A DNA stretch of 64,000 bases, taken from positions 496,001 through 560,000 of the forward strand of contig JAAOMT010000303.1 in assembly GCA_016748015.1 (NCBI GenBank), in the 5' to 3' direction. The notes under the pieces are model-generated. The model was not told where the DNA came from. It worked only from the letters and a program-made list of their open reading frames with translations, and ran no database searches. Made by a program: the position numbers and the translations under genes. Below, piece by piece: positions 34,801 to 47,203 of the stretch; position 1 is the first letter of the stretch, and every line of letters begins with the position of its first letter. This DNA is from Geosiphon pyriformis uo1 (Eukaryota > Fungi > Glomeromycota).

Positions 34801-35037
34801 TGATTCTCAAAAGGCATGATATTCATCAGAACCAAAAAATACACCCTTTTTTTTTATTGGGGTTATTTTAGTTTCTGTAACAATCACAAAGTCAAATTGT
34901 TCTTCAATAACCCAACGTAGCACCTCTTCAGCTTTACCAAGATTATTAAGCCCTCTAACATTAACAGTATCAATTTTCCAAGTGTTATTATTGGAGTAGT
35001 TCTGTTCTATGTTGGAATCAGGTATGCTATACATCAT
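31836..35037 (-). pseudogene. L2 ORF2 (APE endonuclease plus reverse transcriptase)
   Basis: NVRGLN, TET, AGDLNE, RRLDYVF, TDH (APE); KAPG, LIPK, KAYDSV, FVDN (RT). Confidence 0.92.
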
Positions 35038-37300
35038 CTGTTTCTATGGATTTAGATTCTTCAGCTGTAGAACTGCTTCAGCTACTTTGTTTTTTCACTT
35101 GCTTCAATAACTTCAGAATGGTTCCAAAGTTTTTTTGATTTTTTTGATTTCCAATTCTGGATTGTATGCCTCTTTTTTTCCTGTTGGGGTAGATTTCAAT
35201 GTAGTACTTTGGCTTGGTAACCTAATTTCCACCACTTCTTTTTCTTCTGAGGTGTCACTCGGCTGTTGAGTAACTATTACTTTTTTACCTTTCTCTATTG
35301 TCACTCCAAGTTTGGCAGCAACTGCATTTAGCAGTTTTGCCATTTTATAAACCTGCTGTCTTAGTTCATCAATTTCACTCTTCCATGGTTGGTTAACTCT
35401 TTTTTTTTATTGTTCTTCCCTATTGTTCACTTGTGGACCAGATTTCTAAGTATTGTTTGGATTGGTGTTGTTCTGGTTATGGGGCAGCCATATTAGCATA
35501 TGATCTTCCACCAAAGACCTTGATGTTTTCTTCTAGAACATTCCTCTTAACATACAGTTTTGCCAACCTAATATTATTGGTAACTTTCTTGGTATCTCTT
35601 TTTTTCTTCTTATGCAGGGTTGGACATTTTGAGACCAAATGTCCTACCTGGTAACAGAAGTGGCACTCTTTAGCATCAGTAGACACCCAGTGGACCAATG
35701 TGTCATCAATCACCAAGGGCTTTTTAGTGGCATTGTTGTGGTTAGTTTCACTGTTAAATCCTACATAAGCATAGCCCATTCTTGTGTAATTTTTACTAGT
35801 TCTTGGGATGAAGCAGAATCAGGCTTTGATTTGATCTAAAGTGGTGCTCAAATAGTGAGCAGTACAGTTCTGTGGTAGGCCCACCAATTTAGCTTCCCAG
35901 GTTTTTCTCTGTTTAATGATCTTTTGAGTTCCAATCATTGAGTAAATTCTGACTGCATCTTTTCTGACCATGGTTGATCATTGATCTACAGTTCTTGTTG
36001 CTTCTTCTTGGTTGTTATATTCAACTACTGCTGATTGCCATTTGCCAGCCACTCTGATTTGGATTTTATTGACCTCACCAAATTCTCTCATAGCAGCCCC
36101 CACCTCTCTGTCAGAGATGCCCAAGAGGATATCTCTTACTAGAACTTTTTTTGACCAGCCATTTGGATGTTGACACCATCAGTAGCCATCAAAAATGATT
36201 CAATTTCATTATTTGCCAGAATTTCTCTGGCTTGGTCTCTTCCAGCCACTTGGGAAAAATCAACTCTGATTTCTTGGTTTCTAGCCATTACAGCCCCCAA
36301 AAAGTACCTGACATCTCCCAAAAGATTGTAGATCCACCCCATTTTCTTTCCCATGATTTTTTCAGGTATATCTAATGCTTGCACAAAAATACATGCCTTT
36401 TGGTCCCATGGACCACTGTTCTCCATCCTTCCTCCTGGTTTGTTTCTATAAGCATGGGTTTTTTGCCAAGTAACCTACTACTGTATTGTCCTGGACTTGA
36501 ACTAGCCATTCTGCTTGATAGGCTTGATTCAGAGTTTTCTATGTCTTCTGTGACATCATCTGCATTAAGTTTATCTCTGTTTGCATCAAATGGATTGTCT
36601 ATTTGTTCTTTATTCTCTAATGCAGAATTTCCCCTGTTAATCCTGTCTAAAATATCAGGATTGCACTTTCTCAGAGCTGCTTCTATTTGTGCAGCTCTGT
36701 TTCTGTCTTCTTTAGGCATTTTGGATGGTCCATTCATTTTTTTCAGGGACTTTGAGACTCCCTTTTCACCAATCTAAGCTTCCATTTGAAATTTGTTGCT
36801 ATTTCCTCCTTTGTTGAATATTGGCTGCAAGACAAAGTTATTGGTTTGAACAGATGTGGTTTCGGGTAGGTTTTCTTCAGATATTTGGATAAATTTCTCA
36901 GTTAGCCCTTTTACACTTAATCTTCCAATGTGTCTGTATTTTTTGTTGGCCTTTTCCTCCAATCTGTTAGCTGTTATCAGAGAAAAGTCTGCTGCTCTCC
37001 TATGTGGAACTGTTTTTTTTGATGTGTTGGCTATTCTAAAGGGTGTATCGTCTCCACTACTTGTGTTCACACTTCCAAATGGCCTATTGGTAGTTTCAAA
37101 TCTAAATGGAGATGTAATAGGTCTGGCAGTTTCCATAGTTAATAAATTTCGTGAATTAGTGTTAATGTCTTCTTCTTCAGCAGTGGAAGTTATGTTCTCT
37201 TCCACTTGGTATTCACTATCAATAGTCTCTACACTTGTACTTATTTGCATGACTGTTGTCACTTTACTGTTGACATTGTTATCAGACACTTTTAAGTTTG
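35027..37300 (-). pseudogene. L2 ORF1 (RRM-like region, CCHC knuckle, coiled coil); start uncertain
   Basis: CHFCYQVGHLVSKC; stop TAG 35027-35029 overlaps ORF2 ATG 35037. Confidence 0.82.
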
Positions 37301-37321
37301 TTGTGATAATAATAATAATAT

Positions 37322-40300
37322 TTTTACAGGTTGGAGTAATAAGCAAATGGATAGCAAGGGAAAACAGGATTGTAGGGTGATGGAAATAATCAAAAGGGGA
37401 ATTCAACTTTAAAGAGCGAATTGAATGAGTATGGATTCAATGTGCGAGATCAGTCTCATAAAATATCTCAGTCGCTATTTTTTTCAAAGGTAACTGGAGA
37501 ATCTGAAGGTAGAAGGATAGTCCATACTGTCAACAATTGATCACCACTGGTATAATTCTATGCCTCATGTCGGTACTCTTAGAATTCAATATCAGGTATC
37601 AACTTGTGCTTTTCAGTCACGTTTATTCAAATAATCTTCAAATACTACAATTATATACGTCAGGAAAAGACCAACAAGTAATTTTTTATCTTTAAGATGT
37701 TCAGATATTTGAAGATAGGGAAAAGGAAATTAGTGATAAGAGAAAGATTAAGATGAAAGTTGTTATTTTATTTATTCTTGATTATTCAGATGCTTGTTAT
37801 TACATGCTTTTCTAGAGCTAAGAGATTCATCATTTATATAGCAATCAAAAGTGGTCAATGATCAGATCAATGATCAGGTTATTGATCAGATCAACAGTCA
37901 GGTTAACAGTCAGGTCATTGATCAGGTCAATGATCACTTTCTAAAAATAGTATGGCTAATCATATGACATCAGTAGCTAATACATGTGATAATTAATAAG
38001 AAGTATAAGTCTCAACCATAACATCATCCTCTCCAAAAAGATTGAGCTCCAGCAAAATCAAACTATTTAGGGGATACTCTATTTGAAGGGTTTTATCTAA
38101 CTCAAAACTAACTAGTTTGTTGAAGTCTTTTGTGGATAAGGTATATAAAACTTAAGGTGAAATGAGCTTTGTGTCCAAGAGACCAAATCTTTGTATAAGA
38201 GTTTTGGCTCTTCTTGCAATGGTCAAAACTCTTGGGACATCTAATCATACAATGTCCAAAATTTTCACTTGTATCTCAGAAGTTGTTTTCTTCATGAGCT
38301 TTATGTCTTCTATGATTTCACCAAGACAACCATAGAGTTTTAGTTGTCTTCCATATGACAAGTTTTTGTCTATGGGCAAGATTTCTTTAATTGTTTTTTC
38401 AATTGTAATGGAAGGTACAAGTATTGCTGCTGTTATACTTTCCAGCAAATACTTATCCATTTTGCTACCAATTCTTTCTCTTCTGGTAGTTATTTTCTTT
38501 GGTCTGATAACAGTATGTGTTCCACTGTTGTCAGTTATTGTAGTTTGTTTTCCAATGGTCAGAGTAGCATTTGGATAGTTTTTAATCCAATACTCATGAA
38601 GAGTATAGAAAGCATTTTGAATGTTTTGATCCAGAAAATAATTGTTCATATTGATTGAAGATACCTCTGTTTTAGAAGTGATGCATTTATTTATATCTGA
38701 TTTTTGCTGATCATTTGGGTTGGTATTACTACAACAAGTAACCAATCAGATTGTTTGTAATATTTCTTGAGTCACGTGTCATGAACAGGACGATCATTAA
38801 AGATTGTTCCAGATTGATTTTGAAGAATATAAGAACCATTGTTCAAAACTTTGTTGACTATAAAGGGTCCTTTCCACTGGCTAGAAAATTTATCACCATA
38901 AACATTGTCTTTGTCTGAATAGTATTCTAATACCAAGTCACCAATACTTAAAGAAAGTGTTTTATAGGTTTTCTTCTTTTTAAGCTTTTCTTGAAACTGT
39001 TTTATCTTTTCAAAAGCAACTATTCATGCTTCTACCAATAAGTCAAGAATGGTACCCAGTCTTCTTTGCAAAATGTCTTTGTAATTTGTTATTGTGATTT
39101 TTTCAAAGGGTATTGTCTCAATGTCAGTTTCTATTGGTAGTGTTGCCATGCACCCATAGAGCAGATAAAAAAGTTCATAACTTGTTATGTCATGATTCAC
39201 AGTTCTATAAGCAAACAAAGCTGAAGGCAGTACTTTGTCCCATAAGTTTGTTTCTTCACTTGTTTTGGCTAAGGTTTTACACAGTGTTTTATTGAAACGT
39301 TCTACTAGGCCATTTGTTTGGGGGTGATAAGGAGAAGAAAGTTTGTGACATATTCCCATTTTTCTACAAAGTTCTTCAACCAGTGTACTGAAAAAAGCTC
39401 TTCCTCTATCAGATAAAAGTTCTTTGGGGCAGCCATGGTGATAAATGATATCTTCATAAATGAAATTAGCAATGAAAACTGCTGTTTGATCTGGGGTGGC
39501 TCTTGTTTCTACCCACTTTGTAAGATAGTCAGTAGCTGTGATAATGTATCTGTTGCCAGAAGTTACTGTTAATGGTCCAACAACATCTATACCAATTCTG
39601 TCAAAGGGTTGGCCAACAGAGATTGGATGGATGTCTTTTTTGCGATTGGGTTTTCCTCTTCTTTGGCAGGTATCACAGGTTTTGATATACTCAGCAATGT
39701 CTTTTCCCAAGGTAGGCCAATAATAGCGAGCTAGAGTTTTATAAATTGTTTTTGTTTTTTCAAAGTGTCCAGCTAATGAATCAGTGTGCATGTTGTAGAT
39801 CACAATTTCTCTTTCTTCAAATCTTATGACTCTCTGGGGGTGGTCAGGATCTTTTCTATTTCTTTTATATAATTGGTTCTGGTAGATCAAATAAAAATTT
39901 GATTGTCTGCACAAATGTTCTCTTTGCTGTCAAGTGTATTCTGGTGGGTATTGTCTTTTACCCAAAAATTCCATTAAGAGAGAGTAGTTGTCTAAGTCAA
40001 TTATCGTGTTTAGGTTTGGGAGGTTGTATTGTCACTTGGTGGTAAGTCTGGAGAAAGTGTCTGTGTTTTGATGATTAGCTCTTTTATGGTGTTGAATATC
40101 ATAATCGAGCTTTTTCTTGTTGTGCAGCCAAACCAAAGCTTGGTGATCTGTTACCACCAAAAACTTCACACCAAGGAGATACTTATCCCAGTAGCTGGTA
40201 GTCCAAACTACTGCTAAGCATTCCTGCTCAATAACTAAATAGTTTTTTTCTACTGGTGTAAGGGTTCTACTGGCATAGACTATTGCATGTTCCCTGCCAT

Positions 40301-43300
40301 CTTCATCTTTTTGTGAGAAAACAGCACCAAGTCCATAGCCAGATGCATCAGTGTGAAGGATGAAAGGTTAATCCAGATTAGAAAATAGGTTCTGTAACCA
40401 ATTTTTCTTTGAGGGTTTCAAATGCTTTCTGCTAATGTGTGCCCCAATGGTAATTGACATTTTTCCTAAGTAGCTGATTGAGTGGAGAGGCAATTTTGGA
40501 GAAATCCTTAACAAATTTGTGATAATAGGAGGCCAAACCAAGAAAAGAACATAACTCATGAACATTCATTAGTTGTCTTATGTTCTGAACTTTTTCCACT
40601 TTGGCTGGACCAGAGAAGATTCCATCTTTTGTAATAAGATGGCCAAGGAATTGGATGGATTGTCTTCCAAAGAAAGATTTGATTGGGTTGATCTTGAGAC
40701 CTGCATTTTTGAGAAGATCAAAAACCTTTTGCAAATACTTAAGGTGTTCATTCCAGGTTTTTGAGTACACCATTATATCGTCCAGATAGACCAGAACAAA
40801 GTTTTCTTTACTGATTCAAATACTTTATCCATTAAGCATTGAAAGGTGGGAGGGGCATTGGTGAGACCAAAAGGCATGACTGTGAATTCATAGGTGCCAT
40901 ACTTGGTTATGAAGGCGGTTTTCTTCTGACTTTCTGAATCCATCTCTATTTGCCAAAATCCAGCAGTTAGATCAATGGTTGAGAAGAAAGCAGCACTCTT
41001 GAATTGATCTAGCATTGCATCAATTTTAGGAAGTAGGTACATGTCTCTTTCAGTAATGGCATTTAATTGGCAATAATCGACACAGAAGCGAAGGGTTCCA
41101 CCTTTCTTGGATACCACTACAACTGAGAAAGCCCATTCACTCTTGGTTTCTTGTATGAATCCAAGATCTTTCATTCATTTTATTTCTTTCTTGATGAACT
41201 CATCATTGTGGCGATTGGATTGATATGGCTTTAGATGGATGGGGCAAGTTTCTCTGGTGGTGATAGTGTGTTGTATCACATGAGTTTGTCCAGAGGTATT
41301 ACTTTCTTTTGAGATAACTGGGCTGTTTCTAGCCAGCAGATTTTCAATGTCTATTTTTCTTTCTTCTAGAGAGAGTTCTTTTTGTTCTACAACTAGTGAT
41401 TGGATCTCAAGTGGTTCATTTTCAAAGAACTTTTGGACTTCTTTCAATTCTTCTCTAGGTATCAAACTGATTGGTTCCCAATTTTTGTAATAAATCAGGC
41501 ATGATTTGCATTCATCACTTGGAGAATACAAAGATTGGTTGCACCAGCACCAAACATAAGGACCATGCTACCAATAACAGTACTTGGCTTTCTTGCCAGG
41601 TTTTTGGTCAAAAGTTCTTCTAAGGATATCATAGTAGGGCCAGCAGATCAACTTGCCATTCACAATGATTCCCTCTCTATTAGCTTTAATATTGTCTAGT
41701 GGCTTGCCATTGCTGGTGAAGGTGGTGTAGGCAAGTTCAGCAGTTTCTTCTTGTTTTTTTTGTTCATCTTCTTCATTACTCTCTTCATTATCTGATTCCT
41801 CTGATTGCTCATCTTCTTGATTTTGTTTGGTTGCTGAAGGAGTTGTTCAATGGCGACATTTAGCCACAATGGGTTTTTCACCCCATCTTATGGTTAGCTC
41901 ACAAAGTTCATAGTTAAGTAAGACTTTTGCTTTCTTGAGCCACTCATTGCCAACAATGATGGTGTATTCTTTAGCTTCAGAAACTTCCATGTCAGTTTCA
42001 ATACTGATGCCATTGATGCGGACAGGAATAGCTTTGGCAATGCCCAGATCTTTCTTCTTGTCACCATGTACATTGGTCATTGGTTGGGTGGAAGGCTCAT
42101 CAATTTTTCTGCCAATTGCTTCAAGGATGTGTTTGGCAATTACACTAACAGATAATCCACTGTTTAGGATCAAGTCAATGAAGTAACTAGCCACTTGTGC
42201 TTTGCAAATTAGAGGAGTGACATTGCTGTTGTCAGCAAGTCCAGCTTGGCGAGGGTGTTTATTGGTCTTTGGTGTTTTCTTCTTGGGGATTAGAGATTTG
42301 CAGAGATCTTTTCTGAACTGTGGATGGGTTATTAACTGGCCAAAGGTAATGTGTGCTGGGGTTTCCATGAGATCTTTGACAACAGAATAGGGTCCAGATT
42401 TTTGTACAATTTCTGGGGGTTCCAACTTTGGAGGGTTCTTAAAAACTTTGGCTTTTGGTGGCTCATTGTTATCAGCAGTGGAAGTTGAGGCTTTGTTGGA
42501 ATCTAGAACGAAATCAACCTTGGCTTTCTTCTTTTTTCTGGTTGATTCAGAAGTGTTGATTGCTAATTCATCTATGTCATGGTCATCATCAGTTAAGTTA
42601 AAAGTGAAAAAGAGGTTTTCTTCTGGTTGACTTGTACTCTCACCCTTTGGAAGTGCGCCTACCAGTTTAAAAGCTGATAAACAGTGGCTTCAACTAGAGG
42701 ATCCTCTCCAAAGAAATTAATGTTGGCATGGTTGGGTTTTTGATTGGGAGTATTATTGTTAATGGGTCTATTGTTTTGATTGTCATTATTTCTGGGAACT
42801 GGAGGAGGTAAAGGAGGATTGTTGAGAAATGTCCAGTTAATTCACATCTATAACATACAGGAGAACCACAATTTTGCTGTCTTTGATAAGGAGGTTGCTA
42901 GAGCTGATTAAAACGTGGTTCATATCTGGGTCTTTGTGGTTGTTGGTTATCTCTAACTGCTTGTGCCAAAGGTTCTAATAACTGGGCAAGATTGGCTGTG
43001 AGTCTATCAATTAATTGTTCATTTGGATCTTGAGTTTGGGCAGCAAAAGAGGCAGCAGCCATTTGAGGGACAGAAGCCATGACAGAAGCAGGAGCAAAAA
43101 CTGGAAGTGTAGATCTCAAATGTATTCTTTGGTTGTCTTTAATTCGTTGGGCAAGTTCAATGGCCATGTCCATTGTAGGATTGTCTTTCAGGGCCAAGAG
43201 AGGCCAAAGAGCATAAGATAAATTGGTTATCAATCCTTTTGTGAAGGAATGAATCTTTTGCTCTTCTGTCCAATTTCTTCCAGAGTCTACATGCTTGATT

Positions 43301-44967
43301 AACTTTCTGATTGCTTTAGCATATTCAGTTACAATTTCACCAGGGCCTTGAGTTCTTCTTTCTAATTCCATGCGCCACTTGGATATCAAGATTGGGGTTC
43401 TGAACTTGTTTTCAAACTGGGTTGTGAAAGAAGTGTTGTTTTCTTCAGCATTTGCTGGCATCCATCTAATGATTCTTTGATGGGCATTAGCATCAGTTTC
43501 CTGTGAAAACCAGATAGCAGGAGAGCCTTGGAGGTAGCCACCAACAATTTGAAACTTGTATTCATCATCATATTGGTTGGCTGTAGCAGCTCTTTCAAAG
43601 TCATCCAACCATTCAATTGGATCTTGTGCATTGCCTCTGAATAATGGTAGTTGAGTGTTGTTTCTTTGCCCCAAGGCAGTTTGTATATCTTGGAGGGCAG
43701 CCAGGATGTTTGTTTGCATTGGATCTTGGGCCATTGGTTCAGGAGTTACTGTTTGTGTGGAGTGCTCTGATTCACTTGAGAAAATATCAAAAATAGGAGC
43801 AGTTTGGTAACTTTCTTTTTCTGTTTCAAAGGGGTTTTCAATTAGTTAGTGAACAGCAATTCAAATTTGGATTTGGTGATTCAGATATTCAGAATCAGGG
43901 GGCTGTTGTTCAAAGGTTGTGGAGTATAAGAGCTGATTGATGCTGGTATTTCTTTCTTCAAAATTGTCTTCAAAATAAGCTTGATCAAAGTAATAGATGG
44001 TATAAGCTGTGTAGGTTTCAGCTGAATGCTTGTTTAGGAACCAGTTCCAAAAGTCTTGAAATTGTCTACTGGATTGTTCTTCAACAGGGAAACAGATCAA
44101 GCAGGAGGGCAGAGGATTGAGTTCAATAAACTTTAGGTCGTTTCTGTTGTGTGTTGTAAAGTGTTCTTCTGATTGCTGTGGCAAGTATGAATAATCACTC
44201 ATACAATGAGAAAATAAGTGAATTTTGACAACCTCACAGGAAGCACCACTTTTATGTTATGGGTTGGAGTAACAAGCTAACAGATAGCAAGGGAGAACAG
44301 GATTGTAGGGTGATAGAAATAATCAAAGGGGAATTCAACTTTAAAGAGTGAATTGAATGAGTATGGATTTAATGTGCGAGATCAGTCTCATAAAATATCT
44401 CAGTCACTATTCTTTTCAAAGATAATTAGGGAATCTGAAGGTAGAGGGATAGTCCGTACTGTCAACAATTGATCACCACTGGTATAATTCTATGTCTCAC
44501 ATTGGCACTCTTAGAATTCAATATCAGGTATCAACTTGTGCTTTTCAGTCATGTTTATTCAAATAATCTTTAAATGCTACAATTATATATGTCAGGAAAA
44601 GGCCAACAAGTAATTTTTTATCTTTAAAATGTTCAGATACTTGAAGGTAGGGAAAGGGAAATTAGTGATAAGAGAAGGATTGAGATGAAAGTTGTTATTT
44701 TATTTATTCTTGATTATTCAGATGCTTGTTATTACATGCTTTTCTACAGCTAAGAGATTCATCACTTATATAGCTATCAAAAGTGGTCAATGATCAGGTC
44801 AATGATCAGGTCATTGATCAGGTCATTGATCAGATCAACAGTCAGGTCAACGGTCAGGTTATTGATTAGGTCAATGATCACTTTCTAAAAATAGTATGGC
44901 TAATCATATGATATCAGTAGCTAATACATGTGATAATTAATAAGAAGTATAGGTCTCAACTGTAACA
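37322..44967 (-). mobile_element. Gypsy A5, full length (ORF3 37993-38649, INT 38691-40001, pol 40032-42671, gag 42659-44202; all decayed)
   Basis: LTRs 37322-38023 and 44255-44967, PBS 44232-44248, TSD ATAT. Confidence 0.95.
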
Positions 44968-45071
44968 ATATATTTCAGTTAAAGGTTTCTTTGCAAAAAC
45001 TTATTTTTCAAATTTGAGGCATATTAAATTGTGTGGTAGCAGTTAAAGAGAGAAAAAAAGTTTTTTTTTTT

Positions 45072-47203
45072 CCAAAGGATGCATCTAGGATCCACACTTC
45101 CAGTTTTTGCTTCTGCTTCTGTTATGGCTCCTGCTTCCCAAATGGCTGCTACCTCTTTTGCTGCCCAAACTCAAGACCCAAATGAACAGTTAATAGATAG
45201 ACTTACAGCTAATCTTGCCCAGCTATTAGAACCATTGGCCCAAGCAGTTAGAGAGAATTAACAACCCCAAAGACCCAGATTTGAACCCTGTTTCAATCAG
45301 CCCCAACAACCACCATATCAAAGACAGCAAAATCATGGCCCACCTGTGTGTTATCATTGTGGACTAACTGGACATTTCTCAAGAAACTGCAACAATCCTT
45401 CATTGCCCCTTCCAGCTCCTAGAAACAATGACAATCAAAACAACAAAACTATTAACAATAATGTTCCCAACCAAAGAACCAATCATGCCAACATCAATTT
45501 CTTTGGAGAGGATCTCCTAGTTGAAGCCACTGTTTATTAGTCTTTAAACTAGTAGGCGCACCTCCAAAGGGTAAGAGTACAAGCCAACTAGAAGAAAACT
45601 CCTTTTATGCTTTTAACCTAACTAATGATGATCATAATATGGATGAATTAGCAATTAATACTCTGAATCAACCAGAAAGAAGAAGAAAGCCAAAGTTGAT
45701 TTTGTTTTGAACCCAAACAAAGCATCCAAATCATCAGCTGATAACAATGAGCCACCAAAGGCTAAGATTTTTAAAAATCTTCCAAATTTAGAACCCCCAG
45801 AAATTGTACAAAAATCTGGACCCTATTCTGTTGTTAAAGATCTCATGGAAACCCCAGTACACATTACATTTGGCCAATTAATGACCCATCCACAGTTCAG
45901 AAAAAATCTTTGCAAATCATTGATACCAAAGAAGAAGACACCAAAAAGCAACAAACACCCTCGCCAAGCTGGACTTGCTGATAACAGCAATGTCACCTCT
46001 TTGATTTGTAAAGCCCAAGTGGCTGGTTACTTCATTGATCTGATCCTAGACAGTAGATCATCCGTTAGTGTAATTGCCAAACATTTTCTTGAAGCAATTG
46101 GCAGAAAGATTGATAAGCTTTCCACAAGACCAATAACCAATGTACATAGTGACAAGAAGAAAGGCCTGGGCATAGCCAAAGCTATCCCTGTCTGCATCAA
46201 TGGTATTAGCATTGAAACAGATATAGAAGTATCTGAAGCAAAAGAATACACCATCATTATTGGTAATGAATGGCTTAAGAAAGCCAAAGCACTACTTGAC
46301 TATGAACTTTGTGAACTAACCATCAGATATGGTGAGAGACCAATTGTGGTTAAATCATGACATTGGACAACCCCTCCAGTACTCAAGCAGAACCAAAAAA
46401 AAGAACAATCAGATGAATCAGATAATGATGAGAGCAATGATGAAGAAGATCAAGAAGAACCAGAAGAAACTGCTGAACTCACTTATACTATCTTCACCAG
46501 TAATGGCAAGCCACTAGACAATATTAAAGCTAACAAAAAAAGAATTATGGTAAATGGCAAGCTGATCTGCTGGCCCTACTATGATATTCTCAAAAGAACC
46601 TTTGACAGAAAACCTAGCAAAAAAGCAAAATACAGTTATTGGTGGCATAGCTCTTATGCATGGTGCTGGTGTAATAAACCTTTGTATTCACCAAGTGATA
46701 AATGCAAATCCTGCCTAATCTATTACAAAGATTGGGAACCAATTAGCTTGATACCTCGAGAAGAACTTAAAGAAGTACAAAAGTCCTTTGAGAATGAACC
46801 ACCTGAAATCCAATCAATAATTGTAGAACAAAAAGAACCTTCCTCTGAAGAAAGAAAAGTGGACATTAAAAATCTGTTGGCTAGAAATAGTCCAGTTATT
46901 TCAAAAGAAGATGACACCCCTGGACAAACCCATGTGATACAACACACTATCACCACCAAAGAAACTCGCCCCATCCATTTGAAGCCTTATTAATCCAATT
47001 GATACAATGATGAGTTTATCAAGAAAGATAAAACTGGATGAAAGATCTTAGATTCATACAAGAAACCAAGAGTGAATGGGCTTTTTCAGTTGTAGTAGTA
47101 TCCAAGAAAAGTAGAACCCTATGCTTCTGTGTTGACTACTGCCAATTAAATGCTATCACTATAAGAGACATGTACTCACTCCCCAAAATTGATGCAATAC
47201 TAG
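45072..47203 (+). mobile_element. Gypsy A2 continuation (gag 3' half, PR, spacer, RT start), cut by A7 LTR
   Basis: Resumes at QRMHLGSTLP, where 5344 stopped. Confidence 0.9.

Larger units (their letters stand above)
5345..45071 (-). mobile_element. LINE L2, near full length and heavily interrupted (pieces 5345-6490, 31836-37321, 44972-45071)
   Basis: Poly(T) at 5345-5357 is the 3' tail; 5' end at ~45071; TSD CAAAGGATGCA at 5333-5343 and 45073-45083 inside A2 gag. Confidence 0.85.

Noticed and set aside
36774-37406. 210-aa ORF as a real gene
   Set aside because: Chimeric: it starts in the A5 LTR and runs into LINE ORF1
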